A DNA stretch of 64,000 nucleotides from Elusimicrobiota bacterium. GTDB lineage: Bacteria > Elusimicrobiota > Elusimicrobia > UBA1565 > UBA9628. The first letter of the stretch is position 1. Each line of letters begins with the position of its first letter. Below, one piece after another: positions 34,269-41,851 of this stretch. The position numbers were made by a program, and so were the translations under genes. The stretch is taken from positions 25,522 to 89,521 of the forward strand of contig DAHVNA010000004.1 in the NCBI GenBank assembly GCA_027319565.1, written 5' to 3'. A model generated the notes under the pieces. The model ran no database searches. It was not told the DNA's origin and was given only the letters and a program-made list of their open reading frames with translations.

Positions 34269-37200
34269 CTAATTCCCAATATCCCGCCCATGCCACAAAA
34301 GATAAATCGCGGGATAGACGAGAAGCTCCAAGATAAATGAGGTGAAAAGTCCGCCGACCATGGGGGCGGCGATTCTTTTCATGACGTCTGCGCCCGTTCC
34401 GGTCGACCACATGGCCGGAAGAAGTCCCAGAAACGCGCAAGCGACCGTCATCATTTTTGGGCGCAGACGCTTGGCCGCGCCGTCATGGATCGCTTCTTTA
34501 AGGTCGGCTTGTGTGTTAAGACGCCCAGCGGCGGCGCGCGCTTTTTTTGCGAGATTGAGATAGAGAAGCATGAAGATGCCGGTTTCGGCATCAAGTCCTA
34601 AAAGAGCGATAAATCCCACCCAAACCGCGACGGAGAGGTGATATCCCAAAATCCACAACAGCCAAATCGCGCCGACGGCCGAGAACGGCACCGCGACTAA
34701 GACGATTCCGGCTTCAATCCAGGAGCCGGTGTTAAAATAAAGAAGCAATACGATCAGAAAAAGAGCGAGCGGGCCGACGACGAGAAGTCTTTTCTCGGCT
34801 TTTTTCATCTGTTTATACTGTCCGCTAAATTCATAACGATAGCCCGAAGGAAAAGTGACCGATTTCGCAATGGCCGCCTTGGCCTTTTGGACGTAACCCC
34901 CGATATCGGAAGTTTTTAAGTCCACATAGACATATCCTGAGAGTTCGCCGTTTTCATCTCGAATCATGTCAGGTCCCTGGCGTATGCGAATTTCAGCGAT
35001 CTCGGCCAATGGAATCTGCTCGTCTTTGGAAACGGGGACCAAAACTTCTCCGATTTTTCTCAAACTGTCTTTAAAGTCCGGGGCATAGCGCACGTTCACC
35101 GGAAAACGATCGCGGCCTTCGATGGTCTTCGTCACGCGCTCGCCTCCTAAGGCGGCGGCGATCATCGAATTTGCGTCATCAACTGAAAGCCCGTATCTCG
35201 CCAAAGCCCGGCGCTTTAAAATGATGTCGGTGTAATAGCCCTGGGCGGTCCTTTCCGCCACGGCGCGCCTAGTTCCAGGCACGGAATTAAGAGCTCCTTC
35301 GATTTCAGCTCCGAGTTTTTGAATCACGGATAAATTCGGGCCGAAAATTTTAATTCCAACGGGCGTTCGCATTCCGGTTGAGAGCATATCGATGCGATTT
35401 TGTATGGGCTGGGTCCAGATATTGGGATAGCCCGGGATCTTAAGCTTCTGATTCATTTGAGAGATCAGCTGCCTCTGACTCAAATGGCATTTCCAGAGTC
35501 CGCCGAGACAAGGCGTTGTCGGCCAAAATTTTCGGGGTTTTAAAACGACGGTCGTTTCCATCATGGACAAGGGTGCGGGATCGGTCGCGGTTTCGGCGCG
35601 GCCAGCCTTGCCGTAAACGGTTTTAACTTCAGGGAAAGATTTGAGGATTTCGTCTTGAATTTGAAGGACCCTCCGGGCTTCCGTTATCGAGACTCCGGGA
35701 AGAGTGGTCGGCATGTAAAGGATGGTTCCCTCGTTGAGCGGAGGCATAAACTCAGATCCCAAGCGCCATAAAAGAGGCAGAGTCAAAAGGAAAAGCGCGG
35801 CGGCCGAGAAAATCGTTCGGCGCGGATTTTCCAAGACCCAGTTGACCACCGGCGAATAAATTTTAAAAAGCCGGCGGCTGATGGGGTGTTTCTCTTCCGG
35901 ATAATAGCGTCCGACTAAAATGGCGTCGGCGGCGCGGTTAAGCCAATGCGGCTTAATATTAAATGAGTCCATTCGCGCAAAAAACATTCGGACTGCGGGG
36001 TCTAGGGTCACGGCTAAGACCGCGGCAAGCGTCATCGCGAAAGTTTTTGAATAGGCGAGAGGCTTAAATAACCGGCCTTCTTGCCCGGTAAGAGCGAAAA
36101 TCGGAAGAAATGCGGCTGCGATAACGAGAAGCGAGAAAAAAACCGAAGGGCCGACTTCCATTAAAGCTTTGAGGCGCACCTCATGAAAATCTCCCTTGCG
36201 TCCCTCTTCTTGCCACTCCTCAAGACGCTTGTAGGCATTTTCGACCTCGACAATCGCGCCGTCAACGAGAATTCCAATTGAGATCGCGATGCCGGAAAGA
36301 GACATGATGTTGGTGGTCAGGCCCAAAGCCGCCATCGGGATAAAAGCCAAAAAAACGGAAACCGGAATTGTCAGAATCGGAACCATGGCCGACGGCGGGT
36401 GCCATAAAAAAAGAAGGATCACGAGACTGACGATGAGCATTTCTTCAAAGAGCGTTTCTTTGAGCGTTCCGACGGCTCGTTTGATAAGACCCGATCGGTC
36501 ATAGACCGGGATGATGCGAACTCCGGGCGGCAAAGAGGGAGAAATCTCTTTTATTTTTTCTTTGACGCGGTTGATCACATTGAGCGCATTTTCTCCGCTG
36601 CGAATGATGACGATTCCGCTGACGGCGTCGCCAAGGCCGTTGAATTCCCCGACGCCTCGCCTTCGAGCGGGTCCCAGGCTGACTGTGGCGATATCTTGAA
36701 CCAAAACAGGCGTTCCCGTTTCAGGGTCTCGTCCGACAGAAGTTTGCTCGATGTCTTTGATTCCTTTGAGATAACCGCGCCCTAAAATCATGAATTCTCT
36801 TCCCGAAAACTCGATCGTGCCGCCGCCCGCTTCGCTGTTGGATTCTGAAACGGCTTTGAGAACCTTGGTCAGCGAAATGTGATAGCTCCAGAGAGCGCTG
36901 GGATTTATTTTGACCTGATACTCTTTTTCATATCCGCCGATGGACGCCACTTCAGAGACGCCAGGAACGGCTTGAAGCTGATAGCGAATGTGCCAGTCTT
37001 GAAGGGCGCGGAGTTGAGATAAATCCAGCGCTTTTGAATCATCCACCAGCACGTACTGATAGACCCAACCAAGACTGGTCGCGTCCGGTCCCATTGCGGT
37101 TTTCACTCCTTTGGGAAGCTCCGGAATGATTTTGGATAGGTACTCTAAAACGCGCGAACGCGCCCAATAGAGGTCGGTTCCGTCCTCAAAAATTACGTAA

Positions 37201-37475
37201 ACTAAAGACACCCCGAATTCATTGATCGCGCGAATCGCCTTAACTTTAGGCGCGCCCAAAAGAGCCGAGACGATCGGATAAGTCACCTGGTCTTCCAATA
37301 CTTCGGGCGATTGATCCCAGTTTGAGGAGACGATTACCTGAGTGTCCGATAAATCCGGTATCGCGTCGAGCGGCATTCTTTTGACCGTGTAAAAGGCGTA
37401 GGCCAAGGCCACGAGAGTCAAAAGAATAACGAGAAATTTATTGCGCGCCGAAAACGAAATGATTTTAGAGATCAT
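34269..37475 (-). CDS. cusA: CusA/CzcA-family heavy-metal RND permease (Cu/Ag type)
   Basis: DAIPDLSDTQVIV, GPDATSLGWVYQY, GRLFKPLA, EFMPPLNEG, TDPAPLSMMET, RLRPKMMT. Confidence 0.97.
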   Translation of the reverse strand: MISKIISFSARNKFLVILLTLVALAYAFYTVKRMPLDAIPDLSDTQVIVSSNWDQSPEVLEDQVTYPIVSALLGAPKVKAIRAINEFGVSLVYVIFEDGTDLYWARSRVLEYLSKIIPELPKGVKTAMGPDATSLGWVYQYVLVDDSKALDLSQLRALQDWHIRYQLQAVPGVSEVASIGGYEKEYQVKINPSALWSYHISLTKVLKAVSESNSEAGGGTIEFSGREFMILGRGYLKGIKDIEQTSVGRDPETGTPVLVQDIATVSLGPARRRGVGEFNGLGDAVSGIVIIRSGENALNVINRVKEKIKEISPSLPPGVRIIPVYDRSGLIKRAVGTLKETLFEEMLIVSLVILLFLWHPPSAMVPILTIPVSVFLAFIPMAALGLTTNIMSLSGIAISIGILVDGAIVEVENAYKRLEEWQEEGRKGDFHEVRLKALMEVGPSVFFSLLVIAAAFLPIFALTGQEGRLFKPLAYSKTFAMTLAAVLAVTLDPAVRMFFARMDSFNIKPHWLNRAADAILVGRYYPEEKHPISRRLFKIYSPVVNWVLENPRRTIFSAAALFLLTLPLLWRLGSEFMPPLNEGTILYMPTTLPGVSITEARRVLQIQDEILKSFPEVKTVYGKAGRAETATDPAPLSMMETTVVLKPRKFWPTTPCLGGLWKCHLSQRQLISQMNQKLKIPGYPNIWTQPIQNRIDMLSTGMRTPVGIKIFGPNLSVIQKLGAEIEGALNSVPGTRRAVAERTAQGYYTDIILKRRALARYGLSVDDANSMIAAALGGERVTKTIEGRDRFPVNVRYAPDFKDSLRKIGEVLVPVSKDEQIPLAEIAEIRIRQGPDMIRDENGELSGYVYVDLKTSDIGGYVQKAKAAIAKSVTFPSGYRYEFSGQYKQMKKAEKRLLVVGPLALFLIVLLLYFNTGSWIEAGIVLVAVPFSAVGAIWLLWILGYHLSVAVWVGFIALLGLDAETGIFMLLYLNLAKKARAAAGRLNTQADLKEAIHDGAAKRLRPKMMTVACAFLGLLPAMWSTGTGADVMKRIAAPMVGGLFTSFILELLVYPAIYLLWHGRDIGN

Positions 37476-37490
37476 AGTTTGATTCCTCTG

Positions 37491-37545
37491 TGGCCGCTCT
37501 CCAACAGACTTGGAAGCGGCACTTCCTCGCCCATGCTCGGTCGGA
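37491..37545. repeat. ~55-bp hairpin repeat; second copy at 34137-34194, so the two copies flank cusA in direct orientation
   Basis: tggccgctctccaacagacttggaagcggcacttcctcg versus tggccgctccccaacagactttggaagcggcatttcctcg. Confidence 0.85.
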
Positions 37546-37573
37546 ACATTCTTGCGGCTTTTGCCGTATCAAA
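37543..37573 (+). promoter_or_regulatory. Putative ECF-sigma promoter for the tRNA-like gene
   Basis: GGAAC (37543-37547) - 17 nt - CGTATCAAA (37565). Confidence 0.4.
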
Positions 37574-37580
37574 GGTGTAG

Positions 37581-37654
37581 GCCTCGCTAGCTCAACTGGA
37601 TAGAGCGCACCGCTGACTACGGGGGAGATTCGGGTTCGAATCCCGAGCGGGGCA
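37581..37654 (+). tRNA. Atypical tRNA-like gene, anticodon GAC (Val) by geometry, Arg-like D loop; A28.G42 mismatch, U37, no encoded CCA
   Basis: Acceptor GCCTCGC/GCGGGGC, D arm GCTC-AACTGGATA-GAGC, anticodon arm CACCG-CTGACTA-CGGGG, T arm TCGGG-TTCGAAT-CCCGA; U8, A14, G18G19 and A15:U48 intact. Confidence 0.75.
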
Positions 37655-37715
37655 TATGCCGGTTTCCGGCGGATAGCGACTTTCCCTCCAAAGTCAGCGG
37701 TCGTTGTCCATCCCC

Positions 37716-37745
37716 TTGACAAACATGCATAAGAGGGCTTACAAT
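37716..37745 (+). promoter_or_regulatory. Sigma70-type promoter for the small RNA
   Basis: TTGACA (37716-37721) - 18 nt - TACAAT (37740-37745). Confidence 0.75.
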
Positions 37746-37751
37746 AAAGCG

Positions 37752-37828
37752 TAGGCGGTGTGCTCCGAGTTAGCGGAGTCTTCCCCGTAGTCAAAGCGGC
37801 GTCCACAAAGGCGCCGCTTTCTTTTTTT
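37752..37828 (+). ncRNA. Putative ~77-nt small RNA antisense to the tRNA-like RNA
   Basis: Bounded by its own promoter and terminator; three segments complementary to 37584-37593, 37603-37613 and 37614-37628. Confidence 0.7.
37793..37828 (+). terminator. Intrinsic terminator
   Basis: aaagcggcgtc-cacaaa-ggcgccgcttt followed by cttttttt. Confidence 0.85.
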
Positions 37829-37850
37829 CCAGGGGTGCGGTTGATTTTTA

Positions 37851-38978
37851 TCACATCTTCATCCCGGGCATGGAGCCCATTGAATCCGAGGGAGCGGCGT
37901 TTTTGGAGTCTTTGCCCGGTTGAGCGAATGATTGGATCGCGGATTGAAATTGAGATTCCGCGTCGATTAAAAAATTAGCCGAAGTCGTTACCGTTTCTCC
38001 GGGACTTAAACCCGATAAAATTTCGTAATAGCCCCCGGCTTTTGTTCCTAACTGGATTGATCTCGGATCAAGAGTCCCGTCTTCCCTAGCCACAAAAACG
38101 TATTGTTTCTCCCCGGTGTTTAAAACCGCGCCTTCCGGCACGCTCAAATGCTCTCCCAGCGGAGATTGAATTGTGACATCCACATAGGTTCCGGGTTTGA
38201 GCAGTCCCAAGGCATCATCCAGCCGGGCTCTGACGCGCGCGGTTCGAGTGGTGGGGTTGATCACTGGATCTATTGAAAGGACATTTGTCGTCCAGACTTT
38301 TCCCGGGAGAGTTTGGGATTTAATCTTCACGGGAATTCCCGGATGAATGAATTGCAGGTCATATTCATAAACATCCGCATAGACCCATACCGCCTGTCCG
38401 CGTTTTCCCACTAAAAGCCCTTGAGCGAGACTCGGATTCTTGACCCAGGCGGAAACCTGAGCGGGAGACAAACCTAAGAGTTTGAGTTTGAAGGCCGATG
38501 CTTTTTCCATGGAGCGCGCCCAATTCGCTTCGGAATTTTGAGAGCTTTTTTTGACTGAGTTCAAGGCTTCAAGGGCTTGGCGGTATTCTTCGATTGCCTC
38601 ATAGAGTTGCGGGTCATAAGCGATGCGGCCGGGAGCGCGGATATTTTTTGTGAGCGCCCGCATTTCGGACTTTCCATAGGTGACGCCGATTAATTGCCGC
38701 CTTTGAGAGGAGATTAAGATGGGGGCTCTCTCGGGCACATTGCTGTTGCCTTTTTTCATTTTCTCCATCGGTCGTAAATTCATGCCGCAGATGGGGCACT
38801 GGCCCGGATGATTTCGAATAATCTGATGGTGCATCGGGCATTGGTAGAGAGTTTTTGGGGCGGCCTTTTTTGAAGAGGCGGCAATCTCAATTGAAGCGTT
38901 GCGGCTTTTGAAGTAAATGCCGGCGATAACGGCGAGGAAAAGAGATATCGCGAAAAAGAATAATTTTTTTTGTTTCAT
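37851..38978 (-). CDS. cusB: CusB-like RND periplasmic adaptor with heavy-metal-binding domain
   Basis: YQCPMH...PGQCPICGM, IDPVINPTTRTARVR, ANFLIDAES, Met-rich tail. Confidence 0.93.
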   Translation of the reverse strand: MKQKKLFFFAISLFLAVIAGIYFKSRNASIEIAASSKKAAPKTLYQCPMHHQIIRNHPGQCPICGMNLRPMEKMKKGNSNVPERAPILISSQRRQLIGVTYGKSEMRALTKNIRAPGRIAYDPQLYEAIEEYRQALEALNSVKKSSQNSEANWARSMEKASAFKLKLLGLSPAQVSAWVKNPSLAQGLLVGKRGQAVWVYADVYEYDLQFIHPGIPVKIKSQTLPGKVWTTNVLSIDPVINPTTRTARVRARLDDALGLLKPGTYVDVTIQSPLGEHLSVPEGAVLNTGEKQYVFVAREDGTLDPRSIQLGTKAGGYYEILSGLSPGETVTTSANFLIDAESQFQSAIQSFAQPGKDSKNAAPSDSMGSMPGMKM

Positions 38979-40216
38979 GGGTTTGTCGCTCCTTTTTTGA
39001 AAACGGGGAGCGGGCCGCCGATGGCGCGCTCCAGTTTCGCTAAATGCTCGCCGTAAAGCTCTACTTCCTCTGGATATTTGAGTTGGGCGTCTAAAAGAGA
39101 CCTCACGTCTTCGGAAAGTTTTGCGAAATCCGTTCGGCCCGTTTCATAGCCTTTCTCCGCGATTTTGAGGGCGCCGTTTGCCAGAGGGATAATCTCGTGT
39201 TCATAACTGAGCGCTAAATCTCGGTGCAAGTTGACTTCGATGAACTCCGAATGGATTTGACGAAGGATCTCATTTTGCGCATCTTCTGAAGCCGCTTCAG
39301 CCTCTTGTTTATGGGCCTTGGCGGCTTTAAGCAAAGATTCCTGCTTCCAAAACCAGAGCGGGATCGTGAGATTGACCCCGTAAACGCTTTCCTGCATCGT
39401 CGCGACGTAGGGCCGCGCTTCTTGTGTCGCCGAAAACTGGAAATCCGGCGCAAAGCCGAGGCGATTGAATGCCACCATCGCTTTTGCGTGCATGATTTCA
39501 TGAAGAGCCAATAGATAATCGGGGCTTATCTTCTCCGCGATCGCGTCCAGTTCTTGGGGGGTGTAGTCAATGGCGTTGGGGTCAGAGGGATTTAAAAGAT
39601 CCCATTGAGTTCCTGCGGGTTTGGCCAAAAGCGCGTTTAAAGATTCTTCCTCAACTAATGATTCCTGTTCGCGTTCAAAAGCGGCATTTTTAATTTGGAT
39701 TTCTGAGGCTTGAGCGGAGAGGGCTTCATCTGTCGTCGCGCGTCCGGAGGCGACCGATGCTTGGGCGACTTGGGCGATTTCTCGCAAAATATCGGCGTCT
39801 TTTCTAAGGACGGAGCTTGTTTCTTTCAAGAAAGAAACCCGGTAATACTCAATTGCGACTCTTGACGCAATATCAAGACCCATGGCGCGATATTGTTGGT
39901 AAGCGATCATCGCCTCATGATGTTTCATTTTGGCGCTTTGAGAGAGCTTTCCCGGAAACGGCACGTTTTGCTCAATAGACCAGTAGTCCGCGCTTTGGCC
40001 GCCTTGGAAATTCATGCGCTGAAAACCAATCAGGGGGTCTTCCCATGTCGCCGCCGCCGGCACCTGGGCCATCAATGATTTCCAATGTTCCTTGGCCTTA
40101 AGTATGGCGGGATTATTTTTGAGCGCGATCTCAATGAGAGAATTAAGATCCCGCCGCGGAATCTGGCTTGCGCGGGCCGAAGAGACTGAAAACAGCAAAA
40201 TTAAAATTTTAAACAT
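38975..40216 (-). CDS. TolC/CusC-family outer-membrane efflux protein
   Basis: ALKNNPAI, EQNVPFPGKL, NLTIPLW, YETGRTDF, LERAIG; first gene of cusCBA. Confidence 0.93.
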   Translation of the reverse strand: MFKILILLFSVSSARASQIPRRDLNSLIEIALKNNPAILKAKEHWKSLMAQVPAAATWEDPLIGFQRMNFQGGQSADYWSIEQNVPFPGKLSQSAKMKHHEAMIAYQQYRAMGLDIASRVAIEYYRVSFLKETSSVLRKDADILREIAQVAQASVASGRATTDEALSAQASEIQIKNAAFEREQESLVEEESLNALLAKPAGTQWDLLNPSDPNAIDYTPQELDAIAEKISPDYLLALHEIMHAKAMVAFNRLGFAPDFQFSATQEARPYVATMQESVYGVNLTIPLWFWKQESLLKAAKAHKQEAEAASEDAQNEILRQIHSEFIEVNLHRDLALSYEHEIIPLANGALKIAEKGYETGRTDFAKLSEDVRSLLDAQLKYPEEVELYGEHLAKLERAIGGPLPVFKKGATNP

Positions 40217-40273
40217 TTTTCTCCTAGTTAAGAATTAAAAATACGAATCAGACAAACGACAGGCGGCCGACTT

Positions 40274-40630
40274 CTAGGCCAGGGGCGGGGAACGTCCGAG
40301 AGAGAGGAAATGTCCAGGCGGGGAATGTGTCAAGGGACGCCGAGACAAGGTTAAAAAAACAAAAGATTGGGGGGGTGTTGTAATCGGAGAGATCAAAATC
40401 GGATTCATTTTGTGCGGGCGCGGAGACTGCGCGGAAATGCGAAAGAGAGAGGTCTTCTGAATATGGCAGGTTTTGGCGTTGTGGCAGGGTTTTGAGGGGC
40501 AGGATTTGGCCGCGCAACAGGGCATTACGTCACAGCGGGGTAATGCGCGAGGGATAAGGGCCGCGATGAGAAAAAAAGCGCTTAAGCCGCGCAAAACGCC
40601 TTGCCAAAGCCGAGTTTTCATAAAAGCCAT
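40274..40630 (-). CDS. Small Cys/His-rich exported uORF ending in RSPP (DUF2946/CruR/CutF-like)
   Basis: Signal-like N-terminus, CDVMPCCAAKSCPSKPCHNAKTCH, C-terminal GRSPPLA; directly upstream of cusC. Confidence 0.7.
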   Translation of the reverse strand: MAFMKTRLWQGVLRGLSAFFLIAALIPRALPRCDVMPCCAAKSCPSKPCHNAKTCHIQKTSLFRISAQSPRPHKMNPILISPITTPPQSFVFLTLSRRPLTHSPPGHFLSLGRSPPLA

Positions 40631-40670
40631 CTCTTAAATTATAGCAGGCCGCCGAAAAATTTGCAAGGGA

Positions 40671-40692
40671 AAAAACGGAGAGGGTGAGATTC
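40671..40692 (-). repeat. Duplicate of the tRNA-Ser 3' end (att-like direct repeat)
   Basis: aaaaacggagagggtgagattc versus aaaaacggagagggtgggattc at 40794-40815 (21/22). Confidence 0.85.
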
Positions 40693-40798
40693 CTCCTCAT
40701 CCGGCCTACGCTTCGCTTTGGCCTCCCTCGGAGCCTGCTGCATCCGCAAACCAAATCGTTGGTTTGTGTCTGTCAGCTTCGAATCTTTCCTATAAAAA

Positions 40799-40885
40799 CG
40801 GAGAGGGTGGGATTCGAACCCACGAGGGGCGTGAACCCCTACCGGTTTTCAAGACCGGCGCCTTAAACCGCTCGGCCACCTCTCC
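40799..40885 (-). tRNA. tRNA-Ser(TGA)
   Basis: GGAGAGGTGGCCGAGCGGTTTAAGGCG CCGGT-CTTGAAA-ACCGG, long variable arm, GTGGG-TTCGAAT-CCCAC, G73; CCA not encoded. Confidence 0.97.
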
Positions 40886-40915
40886 AAATTCAATTAATTA
40901 TTATAGCAGGCTTGG

Positions 40916-41851
40916 TTAGGCTGGAATCTTGTGGAATTGTTTCTTCCAGATTTCAAGTTGATTGAGGCTGACTCCGACGCCGCCACAGACGATGGCGAGA
41001 AGAGATGAAAATTCCTTAAGAATGGGCGCGTTGTGATAAAGAGGCGCCAGCGCCGCCCCGCAGGCGGGCTCAACGAGGACGCGGTGATCATCGGCGAATT
41101 TAAGACAGGCCTCCACCGTGTCGCCATCGGAGACGACCTCGTCGATGACGCGGTGTTTGTGTGTCCAGTTTAAAGCCTCGGGAGTTATGATTTTGGTTCC
41201 AAGGCTGGTGGCGATGGTTTGAACTTTATCTAGCGAGACCAGTTTCCCGGCTTCCAGCGAAGCCTTGAGCGTGGCCGCTCCTTTGACCTCGCAGGCGATG
41301 ACGGGAATATCTTTCATTCCATGTTTGTGAAGACCTTGGAGAATTCCGCAGAGAAGCCCGCCTCCGCCGACCGCAACCGCGATCGCTCCCGGTTTAATTC
41401 CTTCTTTAACGATTTCATCGATGAGACTTGCGTGGCCTTCCCAGATGAGAGGATTATCAAAGGGATGAACATAGCCTACCTTGGGGTCTTGCGCCAAACG
41501 CGAGGCCTCTTGATGCGCGTCATCCCAAACCTTTCCGAAAACTCGAACCTCGGCTCCTTCCAGCGCGATTCTCTCTCTCATCATGGCCGGAGTTGTTTCC
41601 GGGACGATGACGGTCGTCTTGATTCCCAACCTTCGTCCGGCATATGCGGCGGCAAGGCCCGCGTTTCCACCGGAGGATGAGACAAAGCGCGTTTTTCCCA
41701 TTTTCGCGAGTTCTTCGCAAAGGTGTCCAATTCCGCGAATTTTAAAGGAACCCGAAGGCTGCAGCGCGTCCATCTTGAGATAGACCGGCTTATTGACGAT
41801 GCGGCTGATGGGAAGAGACTCAAGAAGAGGCGTGTCAATGTGAAGCGGCAT
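40916..41851 (-). CDS. PLP-dependent L-serine/threonine dehydratase (fold type II)
   Basis: QPSGSFKIRG, SSGGNAG, VGGGGLLCG, VEPACGAAL. Confidence 0.9.
   Translation of the reverse strand: MPLHIDTPLLESLPISRIVNKPVYLKMDALQPSGSFKIRGIGHLCEELAKMGKTRFVSSSGGNAGLAAAYAGRRLGIKTTVIVPETTPAMMRERIALEGAEVRVFGKVWDDAHQEASRLAQDPKVGYVHPFDNPLIWEGHASLIDEIVKEGIKPGAIAVAVGGGGLLCGILQGLHKHGMKDIPVIACEVKGAATLKASLEAGKLVSLDKVQTIATSLGTKIITPEALNWTHKHRVIDEVVSDGDTVEACLKFADDHRVLVEPACGAALAPLYHNAPILKEFSSLLAIVCGGVGVSLNQLEIWKKQFHKIPA

Noticed and set aside
37476..37850. T-box or riboswitch on the cus mRNA strand
   Set aside because: The promoter, U-tract terminator, cloverleaf and G.U-compatible changes all point to the + strand; no T-box consensus seen
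37465..37854. 129-aa ORF bridging cusB and cusA
   Set aside because: No recognisable protein features; it is the antisense reading of the tRNA-like gene, sRNA and repeat. Its overlap with both neighbours is noted, so a translated by-product cannot be fully excluded
26987..40885. Intact integrative element or prophage at tRNA-Ser
   Set aside because: No integrase, transposase or phage gene, and the only att-like copy is 123 bp from the tRNA
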